This document shows positions 10,193-17,800 of a stretch of DNA of 64,000 nt, piece by piece. This stretch comes from a bacterium (lineage in GTDB: Bacteria > Patescibacteriota > Patescibacteriia > UBA1558 > S5-K13). The stretch lies in contig JAKPTO010000026.1 in assembly GCA_029555085.1 (NCBI GenBank), positions 37,217 to 101,216 of the forward strand, read 5' to 3'. Made by a program: the position numbers and the translations under genes. How positions within the stretch are numbered: the first letter of the stretch is position 1; each line of letters starts with the position of its first letter. The notes under the pieces were generated by a model, which was not told where the DNA came from, searched no databases, and worked only from the letters and a program-made list of their open reading frames with translations.

Positions 10193-13072
10193 TTATTTTA
10201 AACTTATTTCAACTTCAAATTCATTTACCTTTACTTTTTTTTCAATAATTGGAGTATCAATTGATTCAAAAATAATATCTTTTGCTAAAACATCTTTCTT
10301 TAAAGATTGAATATTTTTCTTTATAGATTGAACAAAATTATTGTTCAATATTTTTAAACTAACTATAGCAGTATCTTTGATTGTCAAATTCGCTTGTTTT
10401 CTCAAGGCATTTATGTTTCTCACTAATTCTCGCAAATCTCCCTCGTTCTTTAATTCTTGTGTAATTTCAGTATTTAAATAAACCTCACCAATAGCTAAAT
10501 TTTTATCAAATTTGACCTCTTTTACATTTACTTCTTCTGATATTATATCTAAATACGCCTCTTGTAGTTCTCCGCCTTCTATATTATAAGAAGCAGAAGA
10601 AAGCACTTGCCTAACTTTTATTTGATTCTGGTCTCTCAAATTATGTAATTTCTCAACTATTTTACGAACCTTTTGCATTTCTGATAAAATTTTTAAATCG
10701 TCCTTGCTAAATTTATGTGTATCTCTCCAATTTAATAAATGCACGGATTCTTGATCTCCATAAACCTCTTTATAAATATGCTCCGCTGTGAAAGGAATAA
10801 ATGGAGAAATTGAAACAGCAAATTCCCTAAGAACAAAATTCAAAATTTTTGGAGCGAACTTGTCTTGGTTTTTAAATCTATCTCTCGATCTTCTTATGTA
10901 CCAAGTTGATAATTCCAAAATAAAATCTGAAATATGATCAATACATTTTTTAATATCATAAACCTCCAAACTTTCTGTAATATTATTTTGCAATTGCTTT
11001 ATTTCTAAAATAATCCATTTATCTAATAAATTGTCGCTTTCAATAAACTCTAAATCTGATTCGCTTTTATACATATTATAAAAAGATAAAATATTTGCTA
11101 ATGTTATAAAATATCTTCCATATATACTAGATAAATCTTTTTCAGAAAAACACAAATCGCCAGATTTTACAGCCTGAGATCCCAACAAATAAAAACGCAA
11201 TACATCAGCAGAATATTTCTGTATTATTTCAGTGGGCTCTGGATAATTTTTTAATCTTTTAGACATTTTCTTCCCGTCTTCTGCCAATACCATCCCATTT
11301 ACAACAACATTTTTAAATGCTGGTTTTTTGAATAATGCTGTCGCAAGCACCATAAGTGTATAAAACCAGCCCCTTGTTTGATCCTGACCCTCAGCTATAA
11401 AATCTGCTGGAAAATTTTTATCAAACCATTCTTTATTCTCAAATGGGTAATGTATTCCAGCGTATGGCATAGATCCGGATTCAAACCAACAATCTAAAAC
11501 ATCTGGGATTCTTTTTATTTTTTTAGAACATTTTTTACAATCAATTTCTATATCATCAATAAAATGCTTATGCAAATCATCTATTTTTTTACCACTTGCT
11601 TGTTCTAATTCCTCTTTTGAACCAAATACTACAATTTCTCCACAATCACATTTCCAAACAGGAATTGGTGCTCCCCAATACCTTTGACGAGATATTGACC
11701 AATCTCTTGCCCCTTCTAACCATTTGCCAAATCTTCCATCTTTAAAAGATTCTGGAATCCAATTTGTTTGTTTATTTGCATGAATTAAGTCTTTTTTAAT
11801 TTTTGTAACTTCGACAAACCATGATTTAGTTGCATAATTTAAAAGTGGACTATCGCATCTCCAACAATGAGGATAACTATGTTCATATTTTTCTTTAGAA
11901 AAAGCCAAATTTTTTGAATCAAGAAATTTTAAAATTTCTACATCCACTTTTTGATGATTGTCTTTTGGTTTTACATATTGACCAGCAAAATCTTTTACAT
12001 CACTTGTAAACTTTCCTTGAGAATCAACATGTTGTATAAATGGAAGTTTCATCTCTTTTCCCAAATTCATATCATCTTCACCATATGCTGGCGCAATATG
12101 AACAATTCCAGTTCCATCTTCAATTGTTACGAAATCCGCATTATAAATTTTATAAATATTTTCTTTATTTTTTAAATTTTTATCCACAAAATAATCAAAT
12201 AATGGTTTGTATGATTTACCAACAAGTTCCGCGCCTTTAAACTCCTTTATAATAGAAGGATTTACAAATTGATCTTTAAATACTTCATATCTGTCTTTTG
12301 CCAAAATATAAACATCATCTCCTGAGCTAATTTTTAAATAATGAATATGTTTCCCAACTGCCAAGGCAACATTACCTGGCAATGTCCATGGAGTTGTTGT
12401 CCACGCCAACACAAAAGTATTTGGCGAATCAACAAGTTCAAACTTAGCAGTTACTGAAATATCTTTTATGTCTTTATATCCCTGAGCTACTTCAAAATTT
12501 GATAATGTGGTTCCACAATGAGGACAAATATGCATGGATTTATAACCCTCATATATAAGTCCCTTTTTCCATAGTTCTTTAAAAACCCACCAAACAGATT
12601 CCATGTAGTTTACATCCATTGTTTTATAATCATCTTGCATATCAACCCACCTACCAATCATTGGAATAAACTTTCTCCACTCCCCAGCGTATTTCATAAC
12701 ACTTTTTCTACAATATTCATTAAAATCATGAACAGAATACTTTTCTTCTATTTCTTTTTTACCATTTAATCCCAATTCTGATTCAACTTCATTTTCAACT
12801 GGAAGTCCGTGACAATCCCAACCCCATTTTCTCCTAACATAATATCCCTGCATTGTTTTAAATCTAGGAATTACATCTTTTATAATAGACGCAACTATAT
12901 GACCATAATGAGGCAACCCATTTGCAAATGGCGGACCATCGTAAAAAGAAAAATCACCTTTTGTAGATTTTTTCAAAGATTTTTCGAAAATTTTATTTTC
13001 TTCCCAAAAATTTAAAATATCACGCTCTTTTTCGTATAAAGTAGATATTTTCTGATTATTATTTTTTTCCAT
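10193..13072 (-). CDS. ileS: Isoleucine--tRNA ligase
   Basis: HIGH motif (PHYGH), KMSKR motif, and TTPWTLP editing-domain signature. Length 959 aa. Confidence 0.9.
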   Translation of the reverse strand: MEKNNNQKISTLYEKERDILNFWEENKIFEKSLKKSTKGDFSFYDGPPFANGLPHYGHIVASIIKDVIPRFKTMQGYYVRRKWGWDCHGLPVENEVESELGLNGKKEIEEKYSVHDFNEYCRKSVMKYAGEWRKFIPMIGRWVDMQDDYKTMDVNYMESVWWVFKELWKKGLIYEGYKSMHICPHCGTTLSNFEVAQGYKDIKDISVTAKFELVDSPNTFVLAWTTTPWTLPGNVALAVGKHIHYLKISSGDDVYILAKDRYEVFKDQFVNPSIIKEFKGAELVGKSYKPLFDYFVDKNLKNKENIYKIYNADFVTIEDGTGIVHIAPAYGEDDMNLGKEMKLPFIQHVDSQGKFTSDVKDFAGQYVKPKDNHQKVDVEILKFLDSKNLAFSKEKYEHSYPHCWRCDSPLLNYATKSWFVEVTKIKKDLIHANKQTNWIPESFKDGRFGKWLEGARDWSISRQRYWGAPIPVWKCDCGEIVVFGSKEELEQASGKKIDDLHKHFIDDIEIDCKKCSKKIKRIPDVLDCWFESGSMPYAGIHYPFENKEWFDKNFPADFIAEGQDQTRGWFYTLMVLATALFKKPAFKNVVVNGMVLAEDGKKMSKRLKNYPEPTEIIQKYSADVLRFYLLGSQAVKSGDLCFSEKDLSSIYGRYFITLANILSFYNMYKSESDLEFIESDNLLDKWIILEIKQLQNNITESLEVYDIKKCIDHISDFILELSTWYIRRSRDRFKNQDKFAPKILNFVLREFAVSISPFIPFTAEHIYKEVYGDQESVHLLNWRDTHKFSKDDLKILSEMQKVRKIVEKLHNLRDQNQIKVRQVLSSASYNIEGGELQEAYLDIISEEVNVKEVKFDKNLAIGEVYLNTEITQELKNEGDLRELVRNINALRKQANLTIKDTAIVSLKILNNNFVQSIKKNIQSLKKDVLAKDIIFESIDTPIIEKKVKVNEFEVEISLK

Positions 13073-13303
13073 ATATTTTTATTCTATTCTAATAAAAAAT
13101 TAAATTTATACTTGTTTAATTTAACAACAAAATCACAATAAATCAAGACTAAAAAAACAACATTTTTATTAACTCCAGCGCTTTATTTTTTTTATTATGA
13201 CGACTTTTTCTGATAACTTTTGACTTATTATTTGTTTCAAAACCAAAACTTGATGATATTATTGTTTTTTTTCTTTTTGATTTCATAATATTTTAATTAA
13301 AAA

Positions 13304-13531
13304 TTATTGTTTATTTTTCAAATATGATTTTATTTCGGCAATTGTAAAACGTTTATTGGTTTGGAGCCGTTCTATTTCTTTTATTGTTTTTAATGCTTTA
13401 CTTTTTTCATATAAACGATACCCGCCTCTTGTAAAAGAATCGGGTTTTAATAAACCCTCCTTGGTATAAAAATGTATTGCCGATGGCAATCTATTTATAT
13501 GAGACGCGAGTTCTCCAATTTTTAGTAACAT
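13304..13531 (-). CDS. MerR-family HTH transcriptional regulator (short)
   Basis: LKIGELASHINRLPSAIHFYTKEGLL matches the MerR N-terminal HTH. Confidence 0.55.
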   Translation of the reverse strand: MLLKIGELASHINRLPSAIHFYTKEGLLKPDSFTRGGYRLYEKSKALKTIKEIERLQTNKRFTIAEIKSYLKNKQ

Positions 13532-13681
13532 TGTTATTTATTATTTTCATTAAGGTAGAATTAATCTTTGCTCTGCTCTACTACAATTATATATTAAAAA
13601 ATTAAAAGTGTAAAGTATGTATTATCACTTTATACTTTATGGTTATAAAAATAAAAAAACTTCTAAATTAAAAGTTAAAAA

Positions 13682-13716
13682 TAAAAAAATCTCCCTATTG
13701 AGCTAGGGAGATTTTG
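13682..13716 (-). terminator. Rho-independent terminator hairpin (atctcccta/tagggagat) flanked by A/T runs
   Basis: 9-bp perfect stem with a 6-nt loop, immediately downstream of the 13728..14207 minus-strand CDS. A T-run follows on the minus strand. Confidence 0.6.
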
Positions 13717-13727
13717 AAAAGCTAGTA

Positions 13728-14207
13728 TTATTTGTTTTGCTCTGCGATATACTGATTAATTGCTGTTACTACTTTTCCGTCTGTCTTTAATTCTTCTATA
13801 AAAATAACATGAGCTTTATTTATAGACATTTCATCTTTTGGTCCATGTAATTCATTTCCTAATTTTACTAAAGATAGTCCTTGTTGTTGCTGTGTTGAAT
13901 CAGCTGGTTGTAATGCTGTTGTTACTTGTAAGTAGTATATATTCCTTAAAGTAACTTCTTCGTTGGTATTTTTTACAACATTGCCAAAGTAAACCTGACC
14001 GTTTGATAAAAATACTGCTTGCCATTTACCATTAGATCCATCTTTATCAATACCTAGAATATTAAATTTTGTAAATCTAGATACTCCATAAAGACATACT
14101 AGTATAACAGCAATAACAATTACTACTGTCATTATCCATCTAAAAATGGATTTCTTTTCTACTGGTTCTGTTACTTTTGTTGTAACATTTTCCGTTTTTT
14201 TGTCCAT
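13728..14207 (-). CDS. Single-pass membrane protein, hypothetical
   Basis: N-terminal TM helix (IMTVVIVIAVILVCLYGV) followed by an extracytoplasmic domain of about 110 aa. Confidence 0.35.
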   Translation of the reverse strand: MDKKTENVTTKVTEPVEKKSIFRWIMTVVIVIAVILVCLYGVSRFTKFNILGIDKDGSNGKWQAVFLSNGQVYFGNVVKNTNEEVTLRNIYYLQVTTALQPADSTQQQQGLSLVKLGNELHGPKDEMSINKAHVIFIEELKTDGKVVTAINQYIAEQNK

Positions 14208-14350
14208 ATTTTTGACCTTTCTTTATGATTATATTTAATTATTTTATAGAGATATTATAACACCTTTAAATAATTTTTTAAAGATGCTTTAACTACTATA
14301 TTTTTGGCTTATTTAAGCCATTTTATATATAAAATAATGTATAAATAAAT

Positions 14351-14773
14351 TTATTTGGTTTTTTCTACATACAAAGGAGCCACTCCTATTATCTTATCTG
14401 TGCTTGGTCTATATAAAATTACTTTCATGGATTTTGTATATATAAGCAAATTATCGCCATTTTCTGCATTCTCAAAAAAAGGATAATCTTTTAATTTTTC
14501 TTCATTTAAAACATTTGCAACCTGAGGAATTTCATCAGATGGCAATTCTATTAATCTTGAAACTCGTTTTATTATTTTTTCTGATCGTCCTCTATCTCCC
14601 ATATTTAGTTTGTAAGAATTTGATTTGATTTTTTTGTAAACAACTACAACGCCAAAACATATTCCAACAATTAAAATAATTATAATTATTATTTTAAATA
14701 ATTTTTTAAAATTAAAACTTTTCTTCTTTTTCTTTGAAAGTATTCTTAGATCTAGAACTCTATTTTTACTCAT
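14351..14773 (-). CDS. Single-pass membrane protein, hypothetical
   Basis: Lys-rich N-terminus, TM helix (IIIIIILIVGICFGVVVVY), then a small extracytoplasmic domain. Confidence 0.35.
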   Translation of the reverse strand: MSKNRVLDLRILSKKKKKSFNFKKLFKIIIIIILIVGICFGVVVVYKKIKSNSYKLNMGDRGRSEKIIKRVSRLIELPSDEIPQVANVLNEEKLKDYPFFENAENGDNLLIYTKSMKVILYRPSTDKIIGVAPLYVEKTK

Positions 14774-14812
14774 GATGTTTATTTTCTAATTGGATTAGAT
14801 GTTTAATATAAT

Positions 14813-17800
14813 TTATTCTTCTATTGTCTCTATTGTGACTTCTGTTTCTGTTATTGTTGTTTCTGTTGTTTCCTCTGCCGAAGTTTCCTGTTCTGTGGTT
14901 GTATCTGTTTGAGTTGTGTCTATTGAGGTTTCCGTGGTTTGATTACCTGATGAGATATCATCCTCTATTGTAGTTTCTGTTGTGTCTTCTATTGGAGTTT
15001 CTTGTTCTGTGGTTGTTTCTGTTTGAGTTGTGTCTATTGAGGTTTCTGTGGTTTGATTACCTGATGAGATATTGTCCTCTGTTGTTGTTTCTGTTGTGTC
15101 TTCTATTGGAGTTTCTTCTATTAAACCCTGCTCTGTTGAAGATGAAATCAATTCTGATGTTCCATCGCTACTAAATATCATTCCCTTGTATGCTCCGAAT
15201 GAATGCCAGTCAAATATCACATCAGTTTCTTGAGTATTTTCTATCTTTATCACAAAACCATTCTTTGTAACTTCGTCTATATAATAACCGCCATTGATTA
15301 ATGCGCGTGGAGAAATCGTTATAACTGGATCATTTCTATATTCATGCTCAAACATGACTGCTGTACTTGTTGCGCCTGTTAAAATCTTTGCTTGACCAAC
15401 CGTATCACGACCTAAATCAACTAATCCCTCAACTTGCAATGCGCCAGACAATACCAAATCTTCTAATGCGTCAAGCGACATTCCAAATTGCGCTCTAATT
15501 TCATTAATTTGTTGCTGTTGTTCTTGTATTGCTGAAACCATTACTGGCGTAAATGATTCATAGTCAATTGATTTGTTTCCACTTTCATCAATATTTAAAA
15601 GTTCTGGCGCAATTTCTTCTACTTGAGTTGTTATAAATCCTAATTTATTAATTTGTGTTTCATTTTCTATCCATACGAAATTTACTGCTTCAATGTCTGT
15701 TAATTTATTAAGCGAAATTATTCCATCTAATTGATCTATTGTTGCATTTTCTACAATTTGTTCTGAAGATGGGACAGAATTATTTAATTGATTTCTTAAA
15801 TTAGTAATTTCATTATTCAATGAATCAAATCTTTGTTCTATGTTATATGAATCTATAATGCTTTGTATTTCTGAAATATTTTCATCTTTTGCTTCTAAGA
15901 CCTTAGTTGTCACCTCTTTTTCAATTTCATTCACTGTTACACTCTTATTGTTTCTTGAAATTAATACATTTATAGTTCCAAAATCTCCACTAAATGATTC
16001 AAGCGCAACTCCGACTGTTGAGTCGCCCTGATTTGCTTTCATTAAATATCCTTGTCTTGATGCACTTGTCAAAGAATCACCCGGATTAATATCTCCATTT
16101 TCATTTGAGACAAATGCTGGAATCTGACCTAAAAGCGCTACTAATTTATAATTTGGATTATTTTTGTATTCTTCTTTTGAATTTCCTATAAATCCAGGCT
16201 TGGTTGAAATAATTCCAATAATATTTGAATCACTTGATGTGGCGCACCTTGATATAGCATTGTTATTTGCAAAGTCAATACATACAACCTCTCCTGATGA
16301 AATATTTGTATTATTAGTATAAAAATATTCTGCATAGTCAGCTGCTGGTGTGTCATAACCAGTATCAGCTAAAACTAAGCCATCGGAGCTAACCGTAAAG
16401 ACATTATCCCCTTCCGAATTCTGCAAAACAAATCCCAATACTTTTTCCTTTCCAAGATTTTTTATCGTGGTTCGACCAATATAATCTACTGAAAAAAGAG
16501 TTTCTTCGTATTCCACCCTACTTTGTATCTCAAATAAATTAGCGGAAGGGTGAGCTGATGTATTTACTACTTTTAACACCGGAACATGCCCCAAGTCACT
16601 AACTATTGTAGCTGATTTAATTAATTCTATAGGTACATCCGCGATTATTTTAGATTGCGATAGTGTTAAAGGGGAAACATTATTGGTTTCATCTCTAAAT
16701 TCTAATGTCCCATATGCATATGAAGAAGAATGTGGTCTTATTGCCCAAGTAGATGTTCCTACGTGAATTTCTTCTGCCCAAAGATCAGTCCATCTATAAT
16801 CTGATGAACCAAGAGTATAGGTTAAATTTGACTCAGGAACAATATCTCGCATAGTTGATGTTCCTGTTACATTGAGTGTTCCAGCACCTGTATTTATTAC
16901 TAAATCTGTTCCGTTCCATAAAATATTTGCATCTTGATCTTCTCCGAGATAGAGAGCAGCATTATCTTCGTCTATATAAACATTACCTGTAGCAAAAGCT
17001 CGAAAATTAGCAAGATCTGCACGTGAATGACCTAACCATATCTTAGACGACGGTTGAGTGGCAAAAAAACTAGAGAGAGTATATATAAGACCATTAACTC
17101 TAAGAGCGCTACCAAAATATGAATGACCTTTTACATCTAAAGTTCCTTCTACATATAAATCATTATCATCAAGTTCAAGGGTACTAACTCCGCTATTTGA
17201 TATTGCATTATATGGTAACGCGCTTACTCCACCTATATTAAATACATTATTATTAGCAAATACTATATGACCACCTGTAGTATTTATTGTTAAATCTCCT
17301 GAAGAATCAGTTCCAAATGTTGTTGAAGTTGCAGAATTGTATCCTAGTGTCAATTGTGGTGAAGTTGAGTTTACTACATGAAGCGCGGATGACGGCGCTG
17401 TAATACCGATACCGACATTACCACCATTAAAATATGATGCACCCCTAGAATGCAGTAAAATAGTCGAGTCATTAGATGAATTTCTCATGGTAAGGGATGT
17501 ATTAGATCCGCTACGCAACAAAACTCCTCCTGAACTAGGCACAATATTTAACTGGCCAGACGCTCTAATTTCCTGATTTCCAGATGATGGGAAAAATGAT
17601 ATAGATCTAGTTTTAGTAGAATCATAAAAATAAACATCTCCAGTAACATCTAGAGTTGCTTGCGGATCATTTGTCCCAATTCCGACCCTTCCTGAATTAT
17701 AATAAATACCATTACCATATGCGTTTGGGGTCCACCGGGATGACACAATTGGCGATCCGTTTATAGAAAATCCGGCTGCATCTACTATTCCAGTTGAAGC

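Noticed and set aside
14880-15125. Regular direct repeats that could be mistaken for a CRISPR array
   Set aside because: The repeats are 117-bp in-frame coding units (Thr/Glu-rich protein repeat) with no unique spacers. No cas genes are in the window.
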